Shown: positions 1 to 9,420 of the stretch, piece by piece | Numbering within the stretch: position 1 is the stretch's first letter | Layout: each line of letters starts with the position of its first letter | Program-made: the position numbers and the translations under genes | The notes under the pieces: generated by a model | The model's database searches: none | Seen by the model: only the letters and a program-made list of their open reading frames with translations | Told to the model about the DNA's origin: nothing | Source of the DNA: an uncultured delta proteobacterium | GTDB taxonomy: Bacteria > Desulfobacterota > Desulfobacteria > Desulfobacterales > B30-G6 | Assembly (NCBI GenBank): GCA_963823335.1 | Contig: CAWGLD010000007.1 | Span: forward strand, 128,001-192,000 | Direction of reading: 5' to 3' | DNA: 64,000 bases

Positions 1-20
1 AGCTGAAAAGGAATCCACCC

Positions 21-2687
21 ATGGGACAATACAATCTAAACCGCATTTTCAAGCCCGATCACATCGCCGTTGTAGGAGCAAGTGAAAAGACCGGCTCCAT
101 CGGCAATGCAATCATGACAAATCTCATCGAGGGAAACTTTTCCGGCAAACTGCTGCCGGTCAATCCGAAATACGAGACCCTTCATGGTCTGCAAGCCTTC
201 AGATCTGTTTCCGATTTGGACACGGGTATCGACCTAGCGGTTATTTGCACACCCATACAAACAGTCCCGGATATTGTTAAAACCTGCGTAAATAAAAAAA
301 TTGCCGGCGCCATCATCATTTCCGCCGGAGGCAAGGAGGCCGGGAAAAAAGGCAGATCCATCGAGCGAAAAATATTAAAAACAGCATATGATGGCGGTCT
401 CAGAATCATAGGGCCGAATTGCCTGGGAATCATGCGGCCGGGAAAAAATCTGAATGCCAGTTTTGCATCCGAGATGCCGGCCTCGGGAAATCTTGCCTTT
501 GTTTCACAGAGCGGCGCCATTTGCACGGCTGTCCTCGACTTGGCCTTTCGTGAAAATTTCGGCTTCAGCCATTTCGTCAGTACCGGTTCCATGCTGGATG
601 TGGATTTTGGAGATATGATCGATTATCTCGGCAATGATTATGCAACCAAAAGTATTCTCCTGTATATCGAAAGCCTGTCAAATTTTCGTAAATTCATGAG
701 CGCAGCCCGATCTGTATCACGGGTCAAACCCATTATCGTGCTGAAATCCGGCCGGAGTACCGCCGGGGCCAAAGCCGCAGCTTCCCATACAGGCGCCATG
801 GCCGGCGAAGATGCGGTTTATGACGCTGCTTTCAAACGGGCAGGTATCGTTCGCGTTGACACCATTGAAGAATTATTTGACTGTGCCGAACTAACGGCCA
901 AACAACCGCACCCTGCCGGCCCCAGACTTGCCATTGTAACCAATGGTGGCGGACCAGGTGTCATGGCGACGGACATGCTCGCCAGGTACACAAGGGAACC
1001 TGCCGCTCTGGAAACGGAAACCTTACAAAAGCTGAATGAATTTCTGCCGGAATTCTGGAGCCGCAGCAACCCCATCGACATTCTCGGGGATGCTTCACCC
1101 GACAGATATCGCCGGGTTTTGGAGATTTGTTTTCAAGCCAGGGAAATCGATGCGATTCTGGTGATTATGGCACCCCAGGCAATGGCCGATCCAAAATCGG
1201 TTGCAGAAGTACTTGCCGCCACCATGAAAGCACGCAAATATCCTGTATTTGCCTGCTGGATGGGAGGCAAAAGCATGGCCAGGGCTGTGGAAATTTTGAA
1301 CGAATCCGGCATTCCCACCTATGAAACACCGGAACGAGCGGTCAGGGCGTTTTTGTATATGTACGCCTATTCCAGAAATCTTATAACTTTGCGCGAAATA
1401 CCCCCCAGACTCTCCAACTTTTTGTCTTTCGACCGTGAACGTGCTCGCGATCTGATCTCACGCGCACCGGACAAGGGTTTCATGTTAGAATCCGATTCCA
1501 AGGAATTTCTGGCTGCCTATGGTCTGCCGGTTATTAGAACCGAGACCGCCAACACCGAAGCAGAAGCCGCTGAAATAGGAAAAGAGCTGGGATATCCCCT
1601 GGTCATGAAGCTTCATTCGCCGGACATCACCCACAAGACGGATGCCGGAGGTGTTTACCTCGATCTTCGATCTCAGGAAGATGTCCAGCATGCCTATCGC
1701 AATATCCTCCAGTCAGCCAGAAAGTACCAACCGCGTGCCCGAATAAACGGTGTTACAATCCAGCCGTTCTTTTCCAACCCGGATTACGAAATTCTGATAG
1801 GAGCCAAAAGAGATCCCAATTTCGGACCCGTCATACTTTTCGGAATGGGGGGCATTTTTACAGAAGTGCTCAAGGATAGGGCCCTGGGACTTCCTCCCAT
1901 GAACCGCCTTCTAGCCCATCGATTGATGCAGGAAACCAAGGCGTATTCTCTGCTGAAGGGATACCGGAACCGCCAGCCGGCCGATCTGGAACAACTCGAG
2001 GAAATGATTATTCGGCTGTCCCAGATCCTGATCGATTTACCCGATATATCCGAACTGGATATGAATCCCGTGCTGATAAAGAAGGGCAAAGCCGTTGCAG
2101 TGGATGCCCGGATACTCGTTTCTTCCCTGGACGTGCGTTCACCCAGACATTTGGTCATTAGCCCGTACCCTGAAGATCATGAATCTTATGAGACGACCAG
2201 GGAGAACATCCAAATATTCGTCCGTTCCGTCAAACCGGAAGATGCGCCACTTTTTATTGATCTGTTTAATACACTGTCTCCAACGAGTATTTACTACCGC
2301 TTTTTCGCCCCCGTAAAGGAACTGAAACCCGAGATGCTGGCCCGGTTCACCCAGATCGATTACGATAGAGAAATCGCCCTGGTAGCCATTCAGGAAAATG
2401 CCGGCAGCGACAGGCTGATCGGCGTTGCCCGAATCATAGGAGAACCGGATGGAAAACACGGAGAGTTTGCCGTTGTGGTGGGGGATCCCTGGCATGGAAA
2501 GGGCATCGGTGCGGTTCTGCTTAAGAAATGCCTCGATATCGCCAAATCGCGGGGATTTGAGACCATCATGGGCTGTGTCTTGAGAGAAAACAAGAACATG
2601 TTGGGCCTGGCAAAAAAATTGGGGTTTAAAGTCGAAAAACATTCTGCTGCAGGAGAATGCGAACTGACCTGTCATCTGGTTCCATGA
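21..2687 (+). CDS. Acetate-CoA ligase (ADP-forming)-like / GNAT acetyltransferase fusion (Pat/PatZ family)
   Basis: CoA-binding N-terminus (IAVVGAS, GPNCLG), SHTG motif, ATP-grasp HKTDAGGV, C-terminal GNAT (WHGKGIG); AAAGGA RBS. Confidence 0.9.
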   Translation: MGQYNLNRIFKPDHIAVVGASEKTGSIGNAIMTNLIEGNFSGKLLPVNPKYETLHGLQAFRSVSDLDTGIDLAVICTPIQTVPDIVKTCVNKKIAGAIIISAGGKEAGKKGRSIERKILKTAYDGGLRIIGPNCLGIMRPGKNLNASFASEMPASGNLAFVSQSGAICTAVLDLAFRENFGFSHFVSTGSMLDVDFGDMIDYLGNDYATKSILLYIESLSNFRKFMSAARSVSRVKPIIVLKSGRSTAGAKAAASHTGAMAGEDAVYDAAFKRAGIVRVDTIEELFDCAELTAKQPHPAGPRLAIVTNGGGPGVMATDMLARYTREPAALETETLQKLNEFLPEFWSRSNPIDILGDASPDRYRRVLEICFQAREIDAILVIMAPQAMADPKSVAEVLAATMKARKYPVFACWMGGKSMARAVEILNESGIPTYETPERAVRAFLYMYAYSRNLITLREIPPRLSNFLSFDRERARDLISRAPDKGFMLESDSKEFLAAYGLPVIRTETANTEAEAAEIGKELGYPLVMKLHSPDITHKTDAGGVYLDLRSQEDVQHAYRNILQSARKYQPRARINGVTIQPFFSNPDYEILIGAKRDPNFGPVILFGMGGIFTEVLKDRALGLPPMNRLLAHRLMQETKAYSLLKGYRNRQPADLEQLEEMIIRLSQILIDLPDISELDMNPVLIKKGKAVAVDARILVSSLDVRSPRHLVISPYPEDHESYETTRENIQIFVRSVKPEDAPLFIDLFNTLSPTSIYYRFFAPVKELKPEMLARFTQIDYDREIALVAIQENAGSDRLIGVARIIGEPDGKHGEFAVVVGDPWHGKGIGAVLLKKCLDIAKSRGFETIMGCVLRENKNMLGLAKKLGFKVEKHSAAGECELTCHLVP

Positions 2688-2751
2688 CACTTAAGCCCAA
2701 AGTGAGCGTTTCAAAACCCTTTAAGTAGACGGTTAAAGTTAGCAGACCCGA

Positions 2752-3357
2752 TCAGGTTTGTTGTATATCCTGCTTGAGAAGCCTTTTTGAACCCATACCG
2801 CAACCAATTACCGACTTGATCACTTCCTCAACGGGGACGTTTACAGGATGCACCATTTCCGGTTCCAAATGAAAAATAAACCCTGAGGTGGGGTTGGGGC
2901 CGGTCGGAACGAATACCGTATAACGGCCATCGTCATGGATATCGGTGATAAAGGCAGTCAACAGTGTTTTGTTCTCAAAGGGCCGCACAAGAGCCACTGA
3001 CGAAAATGGCGAATCCTTTTTGCCCAAAAACTGCATGACCACCGATTTAATAATTGAGTACCCGGGGGCCATCTGCAAAATTTTATCTTCCAGATTTTCC
3101 TGAACAAACCGACCGGCTTTGGTCTTCACTACAATACCGACGATAAAACAGATTGCCAAGATAATCGTCACAACGAGGATATCGGCAATTACTTCCTGAA
3201 ATTGACCGTTAGAGATAAAAAAATCCGTCAGTGGTTGAATGATTCCGGTGATCCATCTGAAAAGCCATCTGAACAAGAGGATCAGCAGAACAGATGGAAG
3301 AATGACAGCCAATCCACCCAAAATTGAAGTCTTTATGAATGTTTTTATTTTATCCAT
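2752..3357 (-). CDS. DUF502-family membrane protein
   Basis: Two TM segments and VFVPTGPNPTSGF motif. Confidence 0.85.
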   Translation of the reverse strand: MDKIKTFIKTSILGGLAVILPSVLLILLFRWLFRWITGIIQPLTDFFISNGQFQEVIADILVVTIILAICFIVGIVVKTKAGRFVQENLEDKILQMAPGYSIIKSVVMQFLGKKDSPFSSVALVRPFENKTLLTAFITDIHDDGRYTVFVPTGPNPTSGFIFHLEPEMVHPVNVPVEEVIKSVIGCGMGSKRLLKQDIQQT

Positions 3358-3424
3358 TTGTCACCCCGCCATCAAGTTATACGTTATGATTTCATACTAC
3401 GGATGATTTTTTAAAACGCACATA

Positions 3425-3523
3425 TAGGGGTTGTCAGAAAAACGTTCCGATTGAGGACCTTTTTTCTGCTACAACCCCTTATGCCGCCATCCTATTTTCG
3501 GAACATTATTATGACAAGCGGTA
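3425..3523 (+). mobile_element. 99-bp MITE, family A copy 1
   Basis: Near-identical to 33441-33539 (inverted), 38476-38574 and 19485-19575; imperfect TIRs, flanked by TA. Confidence 0.85.
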
Positions 3524-3530
3524 TAAAATC

Positions 3531-3584
3531 AAAAAAAAAGCCGCCCCATTCCAAAATAAAACCCTTACTGGAATGGGGCGGCTT
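3531..3584 (-). terminator. Intrinsic terminator of rplM-rpsI
   Basis: Stem AAGCCGCCCCATTCCA/TGGAATGGGGCGGCTT followed by a T run on the minus strand. Confidence 0.85.
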
Positions 3585-3610
3585 GAAAACGATATGGAAA
3601 TAAACCGGTT

Positions 3611-4006
3611 CTAACGCTTGGAGAACTGATAGCGGGCTCTGGCACCTTTTTGCCCGTATTTCTTGCGCTCCTTGACCCTGGCGTCACGCGTGATAAATCC
3701 GGCCTTTTTCAGCACCGGTCTCAGGTCCGGATCCACCTGGAGCAGGGCCTTGGTGATTCCATGGCGGATAGCACCCGCCTGACCGGTAATGCCGCCACCC
3801 AGCACACGCACCCTGATATCGTAGGCTTCCTGCGTATTGGTGAGTGACAGGGGCTGCAGCATGATAATTTTAGCCGTACCCACCTTGAAATAGTCATCAA
3901 GGGATCGGTCATTAACCGTAATTTTACCGGTTCCCGGTTCCAGCCATGTCCGTGCGATAGAGGTTTTTCGTTTGCCGGTTGCGTAATATACGTTTTGTTC
4001 TGCCAT
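3611..4006 (-). CDS. rpsI: 30S ribosomal protein S9
   Basis: YATGKRK...[14 protein letters not shown]...ERKKYG...QFSKR; ATG at 4006 after GAGG. Confidence 0.98.
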   Translation of the reverse strand: MAEQNVYYATGKRKTSIARTWLEPGTGKITVNDRSLDDYFKVGTAKIIMLQPLSLTNTQEAYDIRVRVLGGGITGQAGAIRHGITKALLQVDPDLRPVLKKAGFITRDARVKERKKYGQKGARARYQFSKR

Positions 4007-4088
4007 AGGTTTCCTCAAATCTGGTCTTTTTACTATTTATTAATTTGTCTTCGGTTGATTGTCTGCCGCTCCTTGCTAAAGGCGCACA

Positions 4089-4526
4089 TCACTGGAACGC
4101 CAGCGGCTCAGGCTGCTGAGCTTCATGGGGGTGTGCATCGCCGGCATATACTTTCAACTTTTTGATCATGGCCCTGCCCAGTCTGTTTTTAGGCAACATC
4201 CCTTTCACCGCAAAACGGATCAGGTCTTCGGGCCGATCCTCAAGTAATTTCTTTGCGGGAATGGTTGTAAGACCACCGATATACCCGCTATGGCGGTAAT
4301 AATTTTTCTGATCCCACTTTCTGCCGGTGAGCACAATCTTCTCTGCGTTTATGACCACAACCGAATCCCCTGTATCCACATGGGGCGTAAACAACGGATT
4401 GTGTTTTCCTCTCAAGTGGGCCGCGATAGAAGAAGCCAGACGGCCAAGAATTTGCCCCTCTGCATCGACAACCCACCACTTATTGCTGTTGTCTTCTTTT
4501 TTTGCACTGTACGTATACTTTTTCAC
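4089..4526 (-). CDS. rplM: 50S ribosomal protein L13
   Basis: W.VVDA.G..LGRLAS...[16 protein letters not shown] start. Confidence 0.98.
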   Translation of the reverse strand: MKKYTYSAKKEDNSNKWWVVDAEGQILGRLASSIAAHLRGKHNPLFTPHVDTGDSVVVINAEKIVLTGRKWDQKNYYRHSGYIGGLTTIPAKKLLEDRPEDLIRFAVKGMLPKNRLGRAMIKKLKVYAGDAHPHEAQQPEPLAFQ

Positions 4527-4640
4527 ATCAATTCTCCCTGCAACATCGCCCTTGAGCGATGATTGGCGCTTTCACAAATTCTTAAAAATGAATCAGGATA
4601 TTTAAGTCATATACTTCAGGATGTCAAGCAATAATTTCAA

Positions 4641-4718
4641 TAAATGACGCGCGCAGCGCTAATGTCGTCCGAAGGACAAATGTCGCACGGAGTGCAAATG
4701 ACGTCCGAAAGGGCAAAT
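4641..4718 (+). repeat. Array of four ~18-bp mini-hairpin units (family H)
   Basis: Units AATG(A/T)C + 4-bp stem + GNA loop; related array inverted at 62435-62554. Confidence 0.75.
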
Positions 4719-4759
4719 ATCACCCTCCAACCCTTAAATCCTCCGACCCTCAGATCTAT

Positions 4760-4788
4760 TTGACATGTCCCTATTTATTTCCTAAACT
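4760..4788 (+). promoter_or_regulatory. Putative sigma70 promoter
   Basis: TTGACA-17 bp-TAAACT, 10 nt upstream of ATG 4799. Confidence 0.6.
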
Positions 4789-4798
4789 CCATCCCATC

Positions 4799-5638
4799 AT
4801 GCACCCTGACACTGACCACTTTTCCGTGATGACCTTTAACCTTCGTTTCGGTCTGGCAAAAGACGGGCCCGATGCCTGGAAACATCGCAAAAAACTGATA
4901 CCGGAGTTGTTTCGGTCATATCCGGCGGATTTTATCGCGTGCCAGGAGGTCAATGATTTTCAGGCCGACGATCTGGCATCCATTCTCAGCGATTATCGAC
5001 TGATCGGCCGTAGACAGCCTGCGCCCTCTTTCTGGCAGAACAATATCATTTTTTTCCGAAAAGACTGGCATGTTCAGAACACAGAACATTTCTACTTGAG
5101 CGAGATGCCTGACATACCGAGCCGTTCACTCAATAGCCAGTGGCCCAGGCAGTGCACCATCGGCACATTTCAGAGAAAGTCACGCAGGTTGACCTGTATC
5201 AACACCCATTTCGATTTTTCGTCTTCGGTTCAGATCTTCAGCGCCAGACTCATCATGCAGCGTCTCATGCAGCGCCCCGAACCTGTCCCTGCAGTTCTTA
5301 TGGGCGATTTCAACGCGCCTTTTGATTCGCCCCATTACCGGATCTTTGTGGATGAATCTGTCGCCAGGAAAGGTCCGGGCATCTCCTTTCACAATGCATT
5401 TGACGAAACACCGTGCGGGACCCATCATGGGTTTTCCGGAAAACCCGGCCAGGACTGCATCGACTGGGTTCTCCATACAAATGGGATCACACCTGAAAAT
5501 GTCGTGGTTGTCCGGGATCACGTGCAGGGGGCTTATTATTCCGACCACTTCCCGGTTGTTGCTTCTTTTTCTTCCCCCAGGACAAGCAGGCCTGAGGTAT
5601 CCAATATTCCTCGTTCGATATTGGACCCTTCATTTTAG
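4799..5638 (+). CDS. Endonuclease/exonuclease/phosphatase-family protein
   Basis: MTFNLR, ACQEV, NTHFD, MGDFN, IDWV and SDHFPV motifs; start uncertain. Confidence 0.9.
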   Translation: MHPDTDHFSVMTFNLRFGLAKDGPDAWKHRKKLIPELFRSYPADFIACQEVNDFQADDLASILSDYRLIGRRQPAPSFWQNNIIFFRKDWHVQNTEHFYLSEMPDIPSRSLNSQWPRQCTIGTFQRKSRRLTCINTHFDFSSSVQIFSARLIMQRLMQRPEPVPAVLMGDFNAPFDSPHYRIFVDESVARKGPGISFHNAFDETPCGTHHGFSGKPGQDCIDWVLHTNGITPENVVVVRDHVQGAYYSDHFPVVASFSSPRTSRPEVSNIPRSILDPSF

Positions 5639-5712
5639 TCAACAAAGGAGACGGCACGTCTCCGTAAGTTCAGGTTCGGAACCGCGTGCCAAGCACGCGG
5701 TTTGTAGAACAA

Positions 5713-6048
5713 TCAATTCTTTGGAGACCCGCAACTTATTTCCCCATTCAATCTGCCACCTGGTTCCAGTTCCATATCCTGGCAGGTGACAGTACCGGAA
5801 CATGTACCAGTCGAGAGCAGAACCAATTTCCCGGCCACCGTGAGCCGCCCCCTGAAAATTCCCCCGATGGTGATAAAAGACGTCCTCGTTTCCGCCTCCA
5901 CCACACCTACCTCGGTAATAACGATATGATCACTCTCAAGGGATCCCTTGACCGTACCATTGATGATCAACTGCCCGTTGAACGATACCGTGCCATCAAT
6001 AGTCAGTCCTTTTTCAATGATGGATAGTTTCTTTTGTGGCTGCCGCAA
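5713..6048 (-). CDS. Bactofilin (polymer-forming cytoskeletal protein)
   Basis: Beta-helical SIIEKGLTIDG...GTVKG pattern; TTG start after GGGAG. Confidence 0.85.
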   Translation of the reverse strand: MRQPQKKLSIIEKGLTIDGTVSFNGQLIINGTVKGSLESDHIVITEVGVVEAETRTSFITIGGIFRGRLTVAGKLVLLSTGTCSGTVTCQDMELEPGGRLNGEISCGSPKN

Positions 6049-6061
6049 TAGATTTCTCCCG

Positions 6062-6961
6062 TTATGGACACATATGAATGGGTTCCAGGGCAAAATCTCT
6101 CTCGAATATCAGTTCACCCGAATCTTTAAAGATAAAGATGGTCGCCTGCACAAATACTCCGGGGTTTTGGTGTGCAACCTTGAATTTAATGGTCCTGTAA
6201 TTATAAATTCGAAATTTCTGTCCCGTTGATTGAACAGGTCTTCCATCCATCAGCATGGCGTTGGGTGCCACCAGCCATTGGTCCTGCTCTGCATGCGCAT
6301 CTTTCAGGATTATAAACGCATGCCCGGATACGGGCGCATTTCGGGTTCCCATGTTGATGACTTTGTACTCGATGTTCAGCAATGTATCGTCAGGGCTGGC
6401 GCAGATAAATAGATTGTCCGCGGTAATTTTTACGATGGCAGCATCCACATCGGTGTCGCCAGGAGTTTCTGACCTTACAGACGCATTGACGGTCTGTGTC
6501 GGCGCTTTTGCCTTAGGCGCTTTGGGCGAGTTGCCGGGATTGGTCTCTTTTTCAAGCGCTGCCCGCTCTTCTACTTCCACCGCCGGGAGTTCATTCTGTT
6601 TTTCCAATGCAGAGCCGGAAACAATTGCTTTCAGTTTTGACTCTGAAATGGCCAGACGGACCATGGCACCATCTTTCTCATTACGAATCGATTCCATGGC
6701 GCGGTTCTGCCTGAAGACATCTTCCTGGAGTGCCACCAGTCTTCCCCTGGTGTCCAGCCATTCAACCAGCAGCAACCCAATGACACCTGCCATGACAAAG
6801 ATCAAACCCGCCACGGACATGGCCAGACCTCTGAAATGAGCAAACGGTCTTAGGCTGCCGTTTTTCTCGACTCTCAGCAGGTGCCAGCGGGTCTCCCTGT
6901 ATGAGGGATGATCCTGTTTCAATTGTTTCATATAAACTTGAAACCTTTCAACCATAAGCAC
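6062..6961 (-). CDS. Hypothetical membrane-anchored coiled-coil protein
   Basis: One TM, coiled coil, low-complexity linker, beta-rich C-terminus; start uncertain. Confidence 0.7.
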   Translation of the reverse strand: MLMVERFQVYMKQLKQDHPSYRETRWHLLRVEKNGSLRPFAHFRGLAMSVAGLIFVMAGVIGLLLVEWLDTRGRLVALQEDVFRQNRAMESIRNEKDGAMVRLAISESKLKAIVSGSALEKQNELPAVEVEERAALEKETNPGNSPKAPKAKAPTQTVNASVRSETPGDTDVDAAIVKITADNLFICASPDDTLLNIEYKVINMGTRNAPVSGHAFIILKDAHAEQDQWLVAPNAMLMDGRPVQSTGQKFRIYNYRTIKFKVAHQNPGVFVQATIFIFKDSGELIFERDFALEPIHMCP

Positions 6962-6989
6962 TAAGCCGCTTACAGCTTAATGCTTAACA

Positions 6990-8036
6990 TTAAAATAACG
7001 CCTGCTGCCCATCGATCTTGAGCCCCAGATGCCGGAAGGCGGCCTCGGAAGCCTTGCGACCCGATGAGGTTCTGATGAGCAGCCCTGTTTTAAGAAGAAA
7101 CGGCTCAACCACATCCACCAGGGTATCACTCTCTTCCTGCAGGGTTGCGGCAATAGCCTCGATACCGACAGGCCCTCCGTGGTAAAAATCGATGATCGTC
7201 TTCAGGTATTTCCGGTCCAGTTTTGTCAGTCCTTTGGCATCCACCCCTTCCAGGGACAAGGCCGCCTCCACAGTGTCAAATGTAATGACGCCATCAGCCC
7301 TCACCTGGGCATAGTCCCTGACCCGTTTGAGGAGGCGGTTGACAATTCTGGGTGTCCCCCTGGAGCGTTTGGAGAGCTCCTCTGCCGCCACTTTATCAAT
7401 TTGAATATCCAACAGCTTTGCAGATCGTGTTGAAATCTGAACCAGTTCCCGTTCATCATAAAAATCAAGATTCCGGAAAAGACCGAAACGATCTCTGAGG
7501 GGAGAGGAGAGAAGCCCTGCGCGTGTCGTAGCACCCACTATGGTGAATCGATTCAAACGGTATCGATGGCTCCTGGCATGAATGCCCTTGTCAAATACAA
7601 AATCAATGGCAAAATCCTCCATGGCCGGGTAGAGTAATTCTTCCACTGACTTCGGTGTACGGTGGATTTCATCGATGAACAGGATATCGCCTTCTTCGAG
7701 ATGTGTCAGCATACCGATGAGGTCCCCCCCTTTTTCAAGAGCCGGACCCGATGTGGTGGTCAGCTTACCCCCCATTTCGTTGGCGATAATATGTGCAAGG
7801 GTTGTCTTGCCAAGTCCGGGGGGGCCATGAAACAGTACATGGTCGATGGGCTCCCGGCGCCTGGTCGCCGCCTCGATAGCGATCTTCAATGTTTCTACAA
7901 TCTCACCCTGACCGATGTATTCAGAAAGTCTGGCCGGCCGAAGGGACAGTATTTCATTGTCCGCATCACAGGGAAGGCAATCACCGGAAATGATCTCCAG
8001 TGGTCCGATGGTGCCGCTTTTGAAATTATCTGTCAT
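6990..8036 (-). CDS. ruvB: Holliday junction helicase RuvB
   Basis: [31 protein letters not shown]. Confidence 0.98.
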   Translation of the reverse strand: MTDNFKSGTIGPLEIISGDCLPCDADNEILSLRPARLSEYIGQGEIVETLKIAIEAATRRREPIDHVLFHGPPGLGKTTLAHIIANEMGGKLTTTSGPALEKGGDLIGMLTHLEEGDILFIDEIHRTPKSVEELLYPAMEDFAIDFVFDKGIHARSHRYRLNRFTIVGATTRAGLLSSPLRDRFGLFRNLDFYDERELVQISTRSAKLLDIQIDKVAAEELSKRSRGTPRIVNRLLKRVRDYAQVRADGVITFDTVEAALSLEGVDAKGLTKLDRKYLKTIIDFYHGGPVGIEAIAATLQEESDTLVDVVEPFLLKTGLLIRTSSGRKASEAAFRHLGLKIDGQQALF

Positions 8037-8095
8037 AATTTGAGGTCCTGGCTATTCTTTAGCACATATATTAATATATGGTTCTTCTCCCAACC

Positions 8096-8197
8096 AGCCC
8101 TTTAGCAGTTTAGACTGAAGGCTGTTAGGTGCCTTTCGCTACTGGCTCTCAGCTACCCTCAGACCCTTGTATCACCCTCCAACCCTCAAACCCTCTA
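8096..8197. repeat. Single ~100-bp family R unit (C-rich on +, G-rich on mRNA)
   Basis: Homologous to the 103-bp tandem unit; abuts the ruvA TAG. Confidence 0.85.
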
Positions 8198-8818
8198 TAT
8201 TGGATTGTTCTTTTGAATATGATACACCGCATCAAACAATTCCTCGGCCGTTGTATATGCCTGGCCGTGTTTGATCGCCAGCGTCACCATGGACCTGGCA
8301 TCCGTCATTGTGTGTCCCAACTGCTTTACGAGCACATCGATAACCTGCTTTTCCAGGTCTTCGATTTCGGGCAGATCCGGCTCGTCGTCTTCGCACATCA
8401 AGGCAAATTTTCCCATCTTACCTTCCAGGGAAGCGACAATCTTCTGGGCGGTACGGATACCGATTCCTTTCAGTTCTTTGAGCCGAGCGACATCCTTGGA
8501 CTCGATGGCGCTTGCTATTTCCCGAATTGGCCGGGTAAGAGCCCTGGCCGCCTTGAGAGGGCCGATGTCTTCCACAGAGATGAAGCGCTGAAAAAACTCC
8601 TTTTCCACTTCCAGATTGAAACCGATCAATATCGGTTTCGGCTGACGTTCCGTCTGCTGGTGGTAAATGTACAATGAAACCGTATCTCCCACCTGGGTGC
8701 CCTTCAGCGATCGCATGACCATCGCCGGGAGCAGGATCTCATACCCGATATGATTTGCCAGGAGCAGGATGTGATCTTCATCCCTGCGCATGAGAGTGCC
8801 TTCGATATATCCGATCAT
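8195..8818 (-). CDS. ruvA: Holliday junction binding protein RuvA
   Basis: MIGYIEG, IGYEI, HhH motifs IGP..A and GIG.RTAQKI; lies between ruvC and ruvB. Confidence 0.95.
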   Translation of the reverse strand: MIGYIEGTLMRRDEDHILLLANHIGYEILLPAMVMRSLKGTQVGDTVSLYIYHQQTERQPKPILIGFNLEVEKEFFQRFISVEDIGPLKAARALTRPIREIASAIESKDVARLKELKGIGIRTAQKIVASLEGKMGKFALMCEDDEPDLPEIEDLEKQVIDVLVKQLGHTMTDARSMVTLAIKHGQAYTTAEELFDAVYHIQKNNPI

Positions 8819-8841
8819 AATTCGCCTGTGTCTGTGTTGGT

Positions 8842-8985
8842 CTGGTTCCTTGAGTTCATTGAGTTTGTTGGGTTTGTTGGGTTTGTTGGGTTCAAGACGC
8901 TTGGAAGCTAGAAGGCTGGGATGTTGGGATGCGGCTATCAGCTACTTGCTCACAAATGAACCTAAAACCTGACACCTGAACCCTT
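8842..8985. repeat. Mosaic of 9-, 8- and 7-mer degenerate tandem repeats
   Basis: (TTGGGTTTG)n, (GCTGGGAT)n-like and (ACCTGAA)n-like tracts. Confidence 0.7.
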
Positions 8986-8987
8986 AT

Positions 8988-9417
8988 AGCCTTTTAGCGG
9001 TTTAGACTGTAGGCTGCTAGGTGCCCTTCGCTATCAGCTGTCAGCCACCCTCCAACCCTCGTATCCCCCTCCAACCCTCAAACCCTTACAAGCCTTTTAG
9101 CGGTTCAGACTGTAGGCTGTTAGGTGCCCTTCGCTATCGGCTCTCAGCCACCCTCCAACCCTCGTATCCCCCTCCAACCCTCAAACCCTTACAAGCCTTT
9201 TAGCGGTTCAGACTGTAGGCTGTTAGGTGCCCTTCGCTATCGGCTCTCAGCCACCCTCCAACCCTCGTATCCCCCTCCAACCCTCAAACCCTTACAAGCC
9301 TTTTAGCGGTTCAGACTGTAGGCTGTTAGGTGCCCTTCGCTATCGGCTCTCAGCCACCCTCCAACCCTTGTATCCCCCTCCAACCCTCGAACCCTTGTAT
9401 CCCCCCCTCGAACCCTC
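8988..9417. repeat. Tandem array of four 103-bp family R units plus a partial unit
   Basis: Unit starts at 8988, 9091, 9194 and 9297; copies 2 and 3 look identical; no spacers. Confidence 0.95.
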
Positions 9418-9420
9418 TGT

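Noticed and set aside
8988-9417. CRISPR-like array
   Set aside because: Units are contiguous near-identical 103-mers with no unique spacers, and no cas genes are in the window
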